A stretch of 64,000 bases of DNA, from positions 36,766,001 to 36,830,000 of the forward strand of contig NC_083281.1 of the NCBI RefSeq assembly GCF_963506605.1, written 5' to 3'. A model generated the notes under the pieces. It was given only the letters and a program-made list of their open reading frames with translations, was not told where the DNA came from and searched no databases. Every line of letters starts with the position of its first letter. Position 1 is the first letter of the stretch. This document shows positions 25,901 through 41,508 of this stretch, one piece after another. The translations under genes and the position numbers were made by a program. The DNA comes from Zootoca vivipara (taxonomy: Eukaryota).

Positions 25901-26294
25901 AGAGAAGGCAGTGGGTGGAGAGGATCTAGGGTTACGCGCGACTGCCAGGCACAGCAGGAAATGGATGCAGAATAACGATCCTTTAAAAGGGAAACAACCT
26001 GTTGAGGTTCCTTCGCCACCGTGCAATTGACAGTGAAGGAGGGAAGCGGGGCGAAAGGGAGCGCGGGCCCTTCCGCTGCCTTTGGGTGCTCTGCAAAGTC
26101 TCGCTGCAGCGCTCGATGCGAAGTTTATTTTGTCTGATCCCAGTTTGTTTTGACTGGAGGGAAGAGGCCGCAAACAGGGAACTGGACGCCGAGTCGCGAG
26201 CTCCAGTCGCGTTGCAGGAGGCGGCCGGGAGGAGCGAGCTTGTTTTTGCGTGGAGAGAGCCTCTATTGCTGCTCTTCTGGCCGCCCACGGGTAG

Positions 26295-27353
<1,059 letters not shown>

Positions 27354-28227
27354 TGAAACCGCAACCCTCGCCAGAGCCCGCAGTTTTAAGCGGCGGTTCT
27401 GCTTCTTGGGAGCTAAGCCCCACTGAACGCAGCCAGACTAACTTCTGTGCCTGTAAAGTGAGGCATAGGATCGTATTGCTATAAATGCCTCCGAATACCT
27501 CTGCAGTCGGCTCAGCTGGGAGTCCAGGCTCATGGGTCTCAGTGGGACGTCCTTCTGAATACGATATGCACAGGCTCTCCACCGTCCGGTTGCAATTCTA
27601 TTGCTCGCTTACCTGACACTTAACCCCATTGAATTCAATGGCATTTACTTCGGAGCAGAGATGGATAGGATTGCACTGTGAAGGCCTCAGCCTAAGGCTG
27701 CAAAACCGAAACACACTTGACTAGGGAGCCTGTTCTATGGAACACAGGGGGATTTGTTTCCGAGTAAACGTGGTCCGGTGTAAACGACCACAGTTACTTG
27801 TGTTGGACGAGAGAATCCGGGTGATTTAGGCGTCAAGCAAAAGCTTTTTACTGACACAGACCATTGGTCCATCTAGTTCAGCACTGTCTGCACGGACTGG
27901 CAGCGGTTCTCCGGTGTCTCAGACACTGAACTTTCCCAGCTCTACGTGAAGTTTCCAGGGATGGAATATGGCATGGGACGCTCTGCCACTGAGCTGGGCC
28001 ATTCCCCATGTGTCAAATGCCAATTCTCATTAATACCCAAAGGCCTTCCCCCCCATCTCCACCCACTTCTCCATACTCACGCACAGTCCGCTTTAAAGCA
28101 CCTCCAATAAGTGTCAATTGAATGTATTTAATTCCTTTTCTTTCGCCTCCTGCCTACGCTCCAGGTGGCTTCCAATATAAGAAAATACAATGCAAACTGG
28201 GTATGGAGATATAGATCACTGTTTTGG

Positions 28228-28245
28228 TGTTGTTGTTTGTTTGTT

Positions 28246-28290
<45 letters not shown>
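28228..28290. repeat. Compound (GTTT)n(TG)n microsatellite
   Basis: Visible array. Confidence 0.92.
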
Positions 28291-28293
<3 letters not shown>

Positions 28294-30965
28294 AAAGAAA
28301 CTTCTTAAGACCCAGGTCAGTAATAGTAACGATTCTAATCCCAAAACCATTGGCTTTTAAAATCGGAGCTGAGTGCCATTGTGCCTTGCGCATATTAGAG
28401 CTCCCCCTCCCAGTTCCAAATAATGTATCCCCATCCTTTCAACCGCAGCCTACTAGAAATCGGGAAAGCAGCGTCCTTAAAGGCAGGCTCTTCGCACGCA
28501 GTGGATTTGACTCCGGCGTCACTTCTGGATTTTGGATGTAAAGGGGGATGGCTGTCCCTCGGGTGTTTTTTTTTAATATGATGGGGAACGGAGGACGAAA
28601 TAGCCCCTTTAAAGAATTAAATAAAATCAATCGAAGCTCCTTTTTCTAGCCGGACTGGATGTCCGATTCGAATTAAAGATGATGGTAGGGTGTGGGCTTA
28701 GCCTTATCCCCAAACCTGAGTGATAATACCTGCTTCGCTCTAAATATGATCGGCGGTAACCTTGGGCGCATTTTCTTAACCAAGAGAAATGTTGCTGCGG
28801 TCGCGACGGCTTGCAAACCCCGAAGGCACCATAGTTAAGCAGAAGTAGTAGTGGTAGTAACCGACACCACCACCACCGGCTCTCTAGGGAAGAACCCTGC
28901 TATCCTATTCACACACCCACAAGAGCTCTCTTCCCCCAACTACTTAGTATATCCCGCAAAAACGTGTGATCCCTCTAGATCGTCGGAGGGGCTTCTACCG
29001 AAGTCTACCCGATCCCATTGCTTGCTTAATGGAACTTCCTTCCGAGGAAATGTTGGGCTGCGCTGCTTCAGTCAGAAACGTTTCCTTGCTCTCTAGAGAC
29101 TATTCGAAGGCTGCTGCCCTTCCCCAATTCATCTCACTTCTCGTTTTTGCCATTTAAAAATGGCAGGGGCCGGGGCTGCTGTTCTGCAATGCCAGAGCAG
29201 CCCCACCCATTTTACTTCAGGCAACTTTTTGAAGAAGGCGATATGCCCGAGGGGAATCGGCATTTGGTTTGTCTTAAGGTTCTGGTCCTCGTGGTCGCAG
29301 GGATCTGTATTGCTTAAAATACCAGGCTCTGCAGTTTGGCAGAGTTGAAGTCCTGATTACTGTATTTAGATAGATTGCCATTAGATAAGTTAGAAGAGTT
29401 GTTATGTGCGTGCGCGCACACAACGCAATAGGCTATGTAGACTGGCATCACGTCCCGAGCACACCTAAGGTATTTGGAACTAAATTTAATCGGAATCAGT
29501 GGCACAGCTTCTGAGCAATTGCAGGTTAATAATGACTTTAGGTATCTCCTTAACATACTGTACTTTTGACTCCTTTGCCTTCAGGGTGTATGGAGTGTTT
29601 AAAACGGAGTGGGCACTCTCCTTTACGGTGCCTGCCTGCATAGCTATAAAAAAATCAGGGTTTAAATCCCTCTGCCCCTTCCTCCTTATGTCTGCTTTTC
29701 GGGGTTGTGTTCTCCTGGGGCAAGGCAAGGACCTCAGCTGCAAAGCCCCCGCGTACTTGGAAGGCGCCATCGTGAATCATCGTTTAAAGTGCATCCGATG
29801 TGGTTTGAAGAAGGCTTGTCTCCTAAGCCCTCTTTTACTAGGGAGCAAGTCATGTTGGGTTCTTTCTCGTCAGCAAAGTTGTCGGTGCCCCCCCCCCGGT
29901 GTATAAGCCCCCTTGGAGCCTGCTCCGGGCTTAGCAAGTTTCTTGACAGGAGCCCTGAAAACCACAGGGGCCTCTTCGTCCCTTTGGAAGACTCACTGGT
30001 TCCAGCTTGGTGGATCCCAGGATTACACACCTTGCTGCCTAAACCTCTTTATGTGTCCCAACTTTCCATTTCCACTCAGTAATGAACCTAACCTACATTG
30101 TGCGCCCCCCCTCCCTTCCTGGGACTTTGAGTGATGCGCTTATTTAAAATTTGTTAAAAGCGAGATTTCCTCAGCGTTGTTTTGCCCCCAGGCTCCCAGC
30201 CTCTTCTCTGATTGTTCCCTTCAGTTAGTAGCGACGATCATGAAACTTTGAAGTTTAAAAGGAGTTTAGGCTAATTAACTAACTGGGGTTTAAAAAAACC
30301 AAAGAAGATGTAATCTTCAAGGAAAAAGCAGAGCAACCCAACGGTATCTGATCAATCCTGTTTCCCTTTCCCCTTCCTCCTATCTTTCTTAATAAGCGTT
30401 TGCTCTGCTGCTGATCTCGCCACAGCTATTTTAATTCTTAATTTTAATCCCTCGCCTCTCAAAGGGTTACCACTCTTTGAGCTTGTACGTTTTGTTCTAG
30501 GGGCGTTTATTTCCCAGTAAGCCTCCGCTGGATCTCAACTCGATTGCCAAGGCCTCGATTGCCTGAGGTCTAGATCCTTTTCTGTTTTGTTTTTGTTTTC
30601 AGGTTTATGCCCAACTAGATGTATGATAATAATAATAATCTACAAGATCCTTTTACACAGGCGTTTATAAAAAGTGTAGCAAAAGTAACCTCAATACTTT
30701 CAAGTAATTGAATTCCTGGTGGGTTGTCAGATGAATTGTGGTTATTATTTACATCCGTGCAGATGGTCTGCAGAATAACATGGTCCAGCTGTAACGTGGA
30801 AGTTCTAGGTAGTTGTTGTAGCTGATGGCCACAGAGAGACCTTTCCCCTTAACTCACTGTGTCACGTACATCTGAAGCGCTAACCATCGCCAGCAAATTG
30901 CATAGTTTAACCGTGTACTGCAGGAACAGGCAATGCGGTGCCTTCCAGATGTTGATGGACTACAG

Positions 30966-31100
30966 CAGGCATCCCCAAACCTCGGCCCTCCAGATGTTTT
31001 GGACTACAATTCCCATCTTCCCCATCACTGGTCCTGTTAGCTAGGGATTATGGGAGTGGTAGGCCAAAACATCTGGAGGGCCACAGTTTGGGGATGCCTG
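30966..31100. mobile_element. Palindromic hAT MITE (about 135 bp) nested in an older relative (about 30925-31180)
   Basis: caggcatccccaaac...gtttggggatgcctg; TSD gactacag/gactgcag; the flanks rejoin as ccttccagatgttgatggactacag|ctccc...tgtagtccaacagcacct. Confidence 0.88.
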
Positions 31101-33707
31101 GACTGCAGCTCCCCTCAGCTGAAGCCAACATAGCCAATGGTCGGGAATGGTAGGATTTGTAGTCCAACAGCACCTCAGCTATTCCAGACATTATCTGCAT
31201 ACTCACTATACAAGTAAAGTACCCCGAAAAGAATCATGAGAAATGAGCTACATTTCCTAGCACTCTTAACAAACTAGTTGCTCGGATTCTTGTGTGCGTG
31301 TGCGCGCGCTTCAAATTTAAGGGGTGCATGCAGCCAAGCACTCTCTCTCTGTCTCTCTCACCCAAGATTTTGCACAGCCTCCAATCCAGGCGCAAGCGAA
31401 GCTCTTCTAGGCTGCAGCCCCATTTCCCGGGAATAAGCCCCATTGCACCCACTGGGAGTTTCCTTCTGCGCAGACACGCCCATGCCCGGAGTGCTTTAGA
31501 TTTTAGCATCTGCCGAAGGTTGGGGGGTGGTCCTTAACCGGACTTTGCTAACGCTGGGTTTCAGGCGCGTGCCAGGTTACTTGCAGCGACGCTGACACTC
31601 CCAAGTCGGCATGCACCGTGGATGCTTGCCCAAGGACCGTAACTCCGTGGCCTTTAACTTTCGAGTAAGCACATGTCGTTCGGGGCTTGCTGATGCACTA
31701 CCCGCCCCCATGGAAAACAATGCTTAACTTCGACAGTGCGCTGCCCCCTTATTAGTCTTATCCGGAGGCACTGAGAACCTGTATATACTTAACACCCCCA
31801 GCAAAATCCGTGGGAGAGAAAAGTGTTCCGGTTTGGCTAAATTTTGACAATGTGTTTGGGGGCAAGGGTGACAACGAGGAGGAGGAGAGGCTGGGAATTG
31901 CAGAGAAGTGTGAAAGGCAGAAAGAAGCAGAGGAGAGAAATAGATTTTGTTTAAAAGAAGAGCACACACGCAAATGAGAGGCGCATTAGTAAGATATCTG
32001 TCATCGCTTAAGGAAATTAACAAACCACAACAATTTAACGTCTCCTCCGATTGTGGATTTGTGATCAGACAAAAAAAGAAAGGAAGGAAAAGCCGGTCGA
32101 AATGAAAGCACAGTAGATCTCTGCACATGTTTCAGCAATAAACTGTAGGGTGGAAATCGGAATGCTGGAGGAGTTAAGAAGAGAACTTTTAAACCTCTGG
32201 GGGTTGGGAGAGAGCCCCATTGAATTCAGTGGGTTTCCTTTCCCCAAATTATTCATTGGAGCAAAGGAGGCAACGTTCCTCTACACAGGCTTATAACATG
32301 GGTGATCACAGCGGAAGTTCATTTCTGTGTTGGACCTAAGACTGAGCTACAACTTTGCAGATACTCGGTTAGCCTGACCTTACCAAAGATTTTAACCCAT
32401 TCGCACCGAGCGGACATGAATTTCCCAGGGAAACTACGCCGAATCGGGGCAACCTCCGCGCGTTTTCGTTTTTTAAAAAGAAACATCGACAAAGAAATAA
32501 AACTAAAAGCAAACCCTCGAACCCTGCTCTGCCCGCGCGCAGTGGCTGTGGAAAGGCGAGAGATTTGCTTGGCATCCTTTGCAGGCTAAATTATTAGACC
32601 CATACAATGGAGGGTGGATATTAGGGCCGTCGTGTGAATTCACGGTGCAAGTAAATTACTTGAAATAATGCATATTTCAGTAAAAAGAAACGAGAGATGT
32701 CTGTGCCACTGCTCCAGGATTCTCTTGTGAGGCTGTCAACAATTCCCATTTTTGCAGTTTTGGGAAAACGGATCTCCACGTGGATGAGGAATGCACCGGA
32801 GGAAAGGGCGTTGTCTGTCTTATTTGATCTCATTTTCAGAAGAAGGGGAGGGGCGGTGGAAAACCTTCGCTTGTTTGGAAGCATTTCATTTTATTTTTCA
32901 AGAGGGGCCTGTCATTCAACGTGTCAGACTTCGCTTCTGAGTAAATCCTCCTCTTCGAACCGGGCTGCAACCCTTTCCCCGGCTTCCCGGGAGTAAGGCC
33001 CGATGAATCGAATGGCAGTTACTTTTGAGTAAATGGGCACAGGCTTGACCTCCACGATTTTGTTTGCTCCGAGGATACGCCATCCGAAGGCTGGGTTCCA
33101 CCCAGATAGAAGAAGAAACTGGTTTCTGGAGGGACACGCCGACGCCTCTCCTTGGGTGTACACTACAGTACTCTTGTTAAAATGAATGGGGTTGTTTCCG
33201 ATTTCACACCCCTCCTCTTCCGAAACCAGAGGCAGGAGAATCTCTAAAACAAAAAGGGCGACATCGATGATTAAATGCACACTTTGTGAAAAAGAAAAAC
33301 ACTTTGAGTGAAATTATCTCTATTGCAGCATCGCTTAATTAAAAGGGATATAATTATAATTTTCTCCCTGCCACCGACGCACGAAGGGAGGAGGACACAC
33401 AGGAACCGTATTCTGAAATCTCGTCATCTGCGGAGGGGTGGGGGGGGGAGAGAGAGAGAGAAGGCGAGCAAAACAGGATGACTCGTTTCCAACTAAATGC
33501 AATTCAGTGTGTAGACCCATTGAAATTAATGGGCCTAAGTTGGTCGTGCTCATTCAGTTTCAGCGGCTGTACTCTGAGCAGGTCCAATGTTGCCTCTGTA
33601 ACCCACTGATACCTCTTTAAAAGCCCCTTACGCCCTTTATAAAATTTTCGTTTTCATCCCCCCCCCTGGATGGGGCGGGGGAGTTGTGGCTATATTAGCT
33701 ATTTATC

Positions 33708-33858
33708 ATGTGCGTAGCTAGGATTTTTTTGTTAGGAGGGGGGCAGACTTTTGCGGGGGGGGGCAGAACCGTCGTGATTGGTCAGTTAAGTACCGGTATT
33801 TCTGTTGTTTACTTTATCTAGGGGGGCAGCTGCCCACTCCCGCTACTCGCGTCCATGC
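33708..33858. mobile_element. Probable MITE
   Basis: Ends catgtgcgtagc / gctactcgcgtccatg; near-TSD ctatttat/ctattatc. Confidence 0.5.
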
Positions 33859-34731
33859 TATTATCCTGAGGTTTGGATCTGCAGAAGCTCTGAAATGCCG
33901 ATGAGGCGTTGGATGGGTCTTTTCAGGAAAGCAAAGGCCAAGATCCTATACACACGTACTCGGGAGTAAGCCCCAGTGCACTCAAGGCGGGTTGCAGTAC
34001 TTCTGAGTAAAGGTGCGCAGGATGCGGCCGCAACCGAGCTTGCCACAATGTTCTGAAGTTTACCCAGTTCAAAAAAATAAACACCACCCCTTTCATCCTT
34101 AAGTAAGATGAAAGCAAATCACCGTGCCTGTTAAAGCCAGATTCAGGGGCATAGTGCAGATGAACTGATGGTACACAACCCAGCCTACATTTAAACCCTT
34201 TGAGATGCCCAGTTGATCTAGTTGGGATTTCAAAGCGCTTTGCTGCGGTCGGATTCGTCAACAGGGTCAACAACCAACACTGGCAAAAAAAGAAAAGAAA
34301 AATGGCAAGGCTGCGCGTTTCCGAGTTTAGCAGAGCGCTTCCTCAGGCGCGAAGTCGGAGGCCTTTCATGTTGTTTATTGAGTGGTTTTTTTATTATAAT
34401 AATAATAATACTGGATCTTGTTGCAGTCGCTACCCTGCATCAGGATTGAGACGTTCCTTCCCCGCAGATTAGCTAGTTTCTTTGCCAAACAGGTGTTAGT
34501 ACAAAATAGCCTCCGGCAGGACACTGCCCAATTACAAATGTAGCAAAACCCCAAAGCGTGCGTTGGGGAAATCTAAGGTTCAAAATAGGAGCGGAGGAAT
34601 TTTTCGCTGGTGTTTTTCGTTTCACACACACACCTCCAGTGCTGTTTATGGGCCGTCCCACTCTTCTTCCAGAGAACGATCCTGATGTTATAGAGAGGAG
34701 GAATGCACTAGTCTCCTCTGGTTTAACGTTT

Positions 34732-34734
<3 letters not shown>

Positions 34735-34782
<48 letters not shown>
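34735..34782. repeat. (AAT)n microsatellite
   Basis: Visible array. Confidence 0.95.
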
Positions 34783-34784
<2 letters not shown>

Positions 34785-35072
34785 CCTTTTCACCTGTGAT
34801 TAAACTCTGTAAAGTTATCCAGGGATTCAACTCTGCCTGAATGCATCGCCTTCTGGTCTAGGAGCTCTTCCCCCTAATCGATTTTTGTTTCAGACTCTAT
34901 GCTCAGTTGTAGAGGAAATGGACTCTGTACATGTTTCGGAATGCTTTCAAGACAGATAACAGAGGTTGGGTCCTGGTACAAATGAAAACCCTGCTTCTGA
35001 TGAGGCAGGAAGGTGCAATCCTATCCTCTGTGTTTGTTTGGAAGAAAGTCCTTTTGAGTTTAATGGAACTTA

Positions 35073-35435
35073 AAGGTAAAGGGACCCCTGACCGTTAAGT
35101 CCAGTCGCGGACGACTCAGGTTGTGGCACTCATCTCGCTTTACTGGCCGAGGGAGTCGGCGTTTGTCCACAGACAGTTTCCGGGTCATGCAGCCAGCATG
35201 ACTAAGCTGCTTCTGGTGAACCAGAGCAGTGCATGAAAACGCCATTTAACTTCCTGCCCGAGTGGTATCTATTTATCTACTTGCAATTTGATGTGCTTTC
35301 GAACTGCTAGGTTGGCAGGAGCAGGGACTGAGCAATGGGAGCTCACCCACCCCGTTGCAGGGATTCGAACTGCCGACCTTCTGATCGGCAAGCCCTAGGC
35401 TCTGTGGTTTAATCCACAGCGCCACCCGCGTCCCC
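35073..35435 (-). mobile_element. Sauria/Squam1-type SINE, full length
   Basis: Reverse complement of the 10664 copy; 13-bp TSD ttaatggaactta (35060-35072 and 35436-35448). Confidence 0.92.
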
Positions 35436-36540
35436 TTAATGGAACTTACCCACCAATAAGTAGGGCAACAGAGGGTTGCAGCCTTAAAAGCTTAAAATGC
35501 CAATGTTTAAAAGAATAAAAGATATATCCCTTCTTCCACTCCACAAGTCAAAAGTAGTGACCCATAAGTGCAAAATTATTCTCTTTAACAAAAAACACAA
35601 AACCCAGAACCTCTTGCAATACATTACCCAAACCCCCAGGGTAAAAAAAACACAAAACACCCACGCTTTTCTATTCCCTTAGAAATCCACCTAAGGTCCA
35701 AAATGTACTGTCACAGATTTCATCCTAAAATAATTCTCTCTTTATATTTAAAAGCAACGACACTGGTAGTTCTGCTGATCTGTTAGGAATAAATCCATAA
35801 GGACAGTAAAAGAAGAGTAGCATAGCCTATGGTTATTGTATTTGTATTTGTTAAAACAATTAAAATTGTTTTTTAAAAGTCTACCTTTTGGGCAGTATCA
35901 GGGCCATAGTTAAAGGAGAACTATGACCCGCCAGGTATGCTGTACGCTCCCCCTCCTTCTCCCACACCACGGGCATTGCTAGGTACATAATAGGCTCAGG
36001 GGGGCACAGATTGATGCGCCAATTTTGCCTCTGGGTAAATTGAGGTACTGAGTGACTGATGTCTCAGCAGCACTGTGCTTTGCAGCCACCCTATAAGCAA
36101 ATGAGGTTGGTGGAGCAGCCCAGTGACAATGAGTTGGCAGCCCTGGCCCCTCTGTAACAATGTCCCTGTCCTGCATAACCTTTCATTTAAAAATATGTCT
36201 CTATTTCCTTTTACTGTTGGAGTTACAAGGGGAAGCATGCAGGGAGTATTCTGCCCAGTTTGTGGCTCATTAAGAAACAAACTTGCTCCCACCTTCCGAT
36301 ATTCTGGCCAATGATGTGTGCCAGGGCACTGGGATAATTCAAAAGCACTAGGCAGACTCCCTCGTCCCAAAATTTCAGGCCATAGATCCCAGGCACAAGT
36401 TAAACTCTCTTTCCCCCCATTGATCTAAGTGTTGATTATTGTTACCTAACTGTGGTCAAAACAAAGTCCTGTTTCCTATGTGGCTAAAATTAAGACAGGA
36501 AGCTTCTTGGGGCGTACATTTACAAAGCTTTGTAAAATGC

Positions 36541-36600
<60 letters not shown>
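36541..36600. repeat. (TA)n(TG)n microsatellite
   Basis: Visible array. Confidence 0.92.
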
Positions 36601-36601
<1 letters not shown>

Positions 36602-38454
36602 AAATAAAAGATTAATAATAATGTATAACAATTGGCTTTGCCAGATCATCAGTCCTGTCTAGCTCTGTATTATCTGCACTGATTGTCAGAGGTTCTCCAG
36701 GTTTTCAGACAAGGGTCTCTCCCAACCTTTCCAGGAGATGCTGGGGGGGGGGGGGGTTGAACCAGGGACCTTCTGCATACAAAGCTACAGCCCCTCCTCC
36801 AAAGTTTAACAATCACTGCTAAGTTGGTCTTTATTCAGTCAAAAACTTTTAGACTGCAATCCTGTGCATCCTTGTTTGGCAGTAAGCCCCATCAAGCACA
36901 GTGGGACTTCATTCTGAGTAAGCCTTTTATTTTATTAAATCTGTACATCACCTAGGATTACACTGTTTAAGTCCCATGGATTGCAAGGGTGGTGGTGAGG
37001 AGACATTTTTACCTCTCCCATTGTAATTTACGGAGCTTAATTTTGGCTGGACCAGATCCTTCCTCAATTAACTAACTAACTAGACATAGTCAAATTCCTT
37101 TGGCCTGTCCACAAATTACAAGTCAGCTTATTATTTTGAGAGTATTTTGGCCCTTTAATGTTACTCTGCTAGGGAATGAAGAGAGACGTTGTCAAGAGTG
37201 GCCTTTGCTTCTAACAGGAAGTGATAGCTTTTGTATTTTAAACTGTAAGGACATGATCCAGAATGAAGTCAAATGCTTTTAAAGCACCATTGATTTCCAC
37301 TGGAAAATTAAATACACTTGTCATTCTCTCCCACTGAAATCAATTGATTAGATCATGCCCCCCAAGTTATCTTCTACTTCATCCCACATTTTAATTAAAT
37401 AACAGTGAAGATTTGATAACATGCAAATTCGTTTCCATTTTGAACCACTCAGTAATAAATGCTGGAATTGGTCAACAGCCCAGGTGATAGTAAAATAGGC
37501 TATTGAACTTAAATGCACTGCCTTAATATTTATTGTTTATGTGGGTATACCTATACATGTTACAGCCTTGTTTTCCAAGTGTCTGAGAAATACGACAATA
37601 TAATAATAGCACTTATTTCAGTTTCTAAAGGTTTATTCAGAAGTAACTGCTCTTTTGTAACATGATCGTATGTTCAATTTGATTTACTTCCAAGTTGCCA
37701 AACTCCAGTCTTTTTCCAGTCTCTTTCACTTTTGTATTTGTTTTTTAATCAACCCATTTTATCTCATTTCCACATTAATCCAAGTTTTCTTTTTTTTAAA
37801 AAACAACCCTGTGTGAAAATTTTATTTTAAGTATATAACTTTAAATATATTTTCTCTTGAAATACACATTGCTAAACACATTTTCTCAAAAAATACCCAT
37901 TTCTAAATGCATTAACTCTCAAAGTATGCATTTCAAAATGTATTTTTCATATATATTATTATTACCTATTGCACTTAACAGTCAACTTTTTATATACGAA
38001 AGGTAGCTTAGAGACTTACAAAAAAATACCGTAGCACGTACAATTAAAACCAACATTAAACTGAAACAGATTAAAAGCTAAAAACACATGCATATTTGTA
38101 TGGACGAATACATCCTATGCAGAACATTTAGGAAGTACAAAAACTGGTAGACAACAAATTTCCAATCTACACATTAGCTTGGGAGGTGGAGATCAGGTCA
38201 GTGCATCCTAGGATTCACAGAGATCCAATTCCTCAAGCATCCTGAGTGATTTGTGTACTGGATTACAGCCTGAGACCCGTGGAAGAGAAATTCATTGGTC
38301 AAGTATATTCCCCATGTTAACTAGTACATCTTTGCAGATGCCTGCATCATACATGCATACTATGGATTTTTTTATTTTATTTTTTGGCTTCAGGGGCCAA
38401 AACGTCTTGAAATGCCCCTCAGAGGTTGGGGAAGGAATTTTAAGGGCAAAGTTC

Positions 38455-38615
38455 TAGCTCTGCGGCACAGCATCTGCTTTGGATGCAGAAAGTCCCGGGT
38501 TCAACCCCCTAGCATCCCAAGGTTAGTAGGGCTGCACAAAATTATGGAAAGCTGCTACCAATCAGCAGACACAATACTGAGCTAAGATGAGCCAATAGCA
38601 TTAGGGGAGCTTCTT
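38455..38615 (+). mobile_element. tRNA-derived SINE (Squam3-like) ending about 50 bp before the exon acceptor
   Basis: tagctctgcggcacagcatctgctttggatgcagaaagtcccgggttcaacccctagcatc...acaatactgagctaagatg...agcttctt. Confidence 0.7.
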
Positions 38616-38666
38616 ATGCTCCTGTGTTTCTAAACTCAACCATTTCTTGTTGCCGGTGGTTTCTAG

Positions 38667-38843
<177 letters not shown>

Positions 38844-40281
38844 TGAGTTGATAACGAATTTAGAGGTGGCTTTAAAAGGTGGTGGATATCCACACACGAC
38901 ACTATCCACACATATTGTGCTTCTTTATGTGCAGAGAAGCTGTGATGAATGCACAGAAGGCAGAGTGAGGTCAGCACAGGTGGGATTCCAAGTCCCCACC
39001 CCAACGTTCATTCTGCAAAGACCTGTTGCATGGCCAATGCCGATGCTGATCTTATTGTGTTTAGCATGTGCCTGCTCTTCTGCAAGAACTGCCACACTGT
39101 AGCTGCATCAGTTATGTTGCATGAACAGCCCTGATGCTGATCTTATGGTGTGTTTTAGCTTGTGCTGCTGCTGCTACAGGAAGTGGCGCACTATAACCAT
39201 GTCGGCCTCTGTCCATCCTTTCCTCCAGTCTTTTGAATGTATACATGCAAACCGTCAGAGATTTTTGGCTTCTCGGCAGTAAGGCCCAAGTGATCTTAAG
39301 AATGATTTGCGTGTAATAACTGTTTACTTGTTGCTCTCTATGAAACCCAAATAGTTTACATTCTTTCGTGCATTTCCGCTTTCCCATTGGCTCCTTTCCT
39401 AAGTGGCAGGCAAGGCTTTCTTTCAAAATCTCCCCCACATAACTGCTTGCAGGTTGATGAATGGAAAAATGTTTTGCTTTTATGAATTAAGCTTTCATTT
39501 CTGTACTCAATTATTTGCTTTAAGTCTCCTCCCTCCCTCCCCTTTTTTCCATCCCCCTTACACAAATTTCCAAACTGTACATAGCTCCATCCGAATTTGA
39601 CTCTTGAATTCATTAGGAACCCCCCTGCTCAGGTCTCCATGTCTGGGATAAGAAATTACAGTAGTCTGGAGTCCTTGGGAAGCCTGTGAGGAGTTTGATT
39701 TCAAACTAGGAGAAGTGAGTCAAAAGCCTGTTGGTTAGCAAAAAGTCTTTTGTCTTCAAGTGAATGAAACTTCCCGTTTGGGCTCTCTGTTCTGCATGCT
39801 ATAAGTCCCTGTTTCTGTCAGTGTAGATTAATTCTGCACAGGATAGTGCTGTCCTGAACATGTCTTTTACCTTTTGGGTTGGTTTTTCCCCCCCAATGGT
39901 TTCCCACCAATTAATAAGGAACCCCCCCCCCTACATTTGAAAATTATTGAAGGGCAGAGGAAACGTAGGTGAAATTCTCAAGGATGAGGTCTGGCATTTG
40001 TTTGTTTGTTTGCATTCACTCTTACTTTTGAGTTGGATGAGTTTTTGTGAGTTTCCTTTCTATCACCAATATCTGGTAGCTTTCCTTCTATAGCCTTGGT
40101 GGGAGTCTGTGCTTCTTGAAAACCTCATGATATCCTTGGGTGTGATTTCTTCTAAATCAGGGGTAGGGAACCTTTGGCCTTCCAGATGTTGCTGAACTAC
40201 AAATCCCATTCTCCCTGACCATTAGCCATGCTTGCTAGGACTGATGGTAGTTGTATTTCAGTAACATCTGGAGGGCTTAAG

Positions 40282-40483
40282 CAGGGCTTTGGTGTGTTCC
40301 GGCAGCTCCATTAGGTTGAGGCACAGTGCCTGGGGCCTTGTGGCGTGACAAACAGGTTGCTGTGACAATTATGTTGGCGCGACAATTGTGGCTGCCGAAA
40401 GTGGCGGTAGGGGCAAAGAGCTCACCAACTTTGGGTAGGTGCTCAGCAAGTTCCACCACCTCTTTTTCCAGAAAAAAGCCCTG
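40282..40483. mobile_element. hAT MITE nested inside another hAT-like MITE (about 40158-40504)
   Basis: Ends cagggcttt / aaagccctg; perfect TSD ggcttaag; the host element rejoins as catctggag-ggcttaag-gtcccctacatctg. Confidence 0.85.
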
Positions 40484-41508
40484 GGCTTAAGGTCCCCTAC
40501 ATCTGCTCTAAGCACAGGAAGCTAGAGAGGCTGCCTGCCATGTGCTTACCAGCTGTCCACTGTGTTGTTAGTGCCAGTGTTTGTAATTAGCAGGATCAAG
40601 TGCTAACTTTTTTTGTGGACTGTACCACGTAAGATTAGGGGTGTGCAACAAATGTGTGTTCCCAGGGGATGCATGTTTGAATGCTCACACACATGAACAT
40701 GAAATCTCTTTGTACATAGAAATCTAGCATGCCAGCCAATCAGGTTCAGCCTAACATTTTCCTTGATGAGCTATTTTTCTGTGTGCAACACCCCCTTCAA
40801 TGGGGGAAATATCCAAAACTTCGGTATTGTGCCTTTAACAGCTTAATGCTTTAACAGCTTAACAGAGAAGGTGGAGCTGTTCTTTGTCTGGAGATGCAGT
40901 GTTGCTGATTTTTCCCCCTTCAAGTATTGATATACGGCTTTTCCTCAGAAAAGATAACAAAGGATTAAATACAGAATGAAAAAGAACAAAATCCATAAAC
41001 AATACAAGCAATACAATAACACAGGGGTACACATACCCCTAAGCATTTTGTGAATCTTTGTACTTTTGTCCATGTACTGTATTTATTTTTTCCGAATTTG
41101 AACTATAAAATGGTGATTTTCTTGAATCAAAATGAGAGTACCCCTAAACATTTTTTAAGAAAAGAAGCACTGGTTCTATGTATTCAGAAGAAAGCTGTGT
41201 CAGTTTCAAAGGGGCTTACTTCCACGTTGGTGTGCACACAATTGCAGCCTAAGTAAGCAATAAACAATAAAAATCATCCATAAAACAACTTCTTCCCATC
41301 AGACTTGATTTAGAGGCAAGCAACTTTAATAGGATATTGTGTAAATACAAATATTTACACCTGCCTCATTTCTGCCCCCAATGAGCTGTTACTGGAGATA
41401 AAGGCAGAGGAGGACCAGTTACAGAGGGTGACTCAGTCTAAGTGGGGGCAGACTGCCCACAGCAAGACAAAGTAAAGTAGTTAATTCCTAAAGTCAGAGG
41501 CTCTAGAT

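Noticed and set aside
27385-27780. Spaced palindromic repeats as a CRISPR-like array
   Set aside because: Vertebrate DNA, highly degenerate units of about 85 bp, irregular spacing, dispersed homologs elsewhere and no cas genes.
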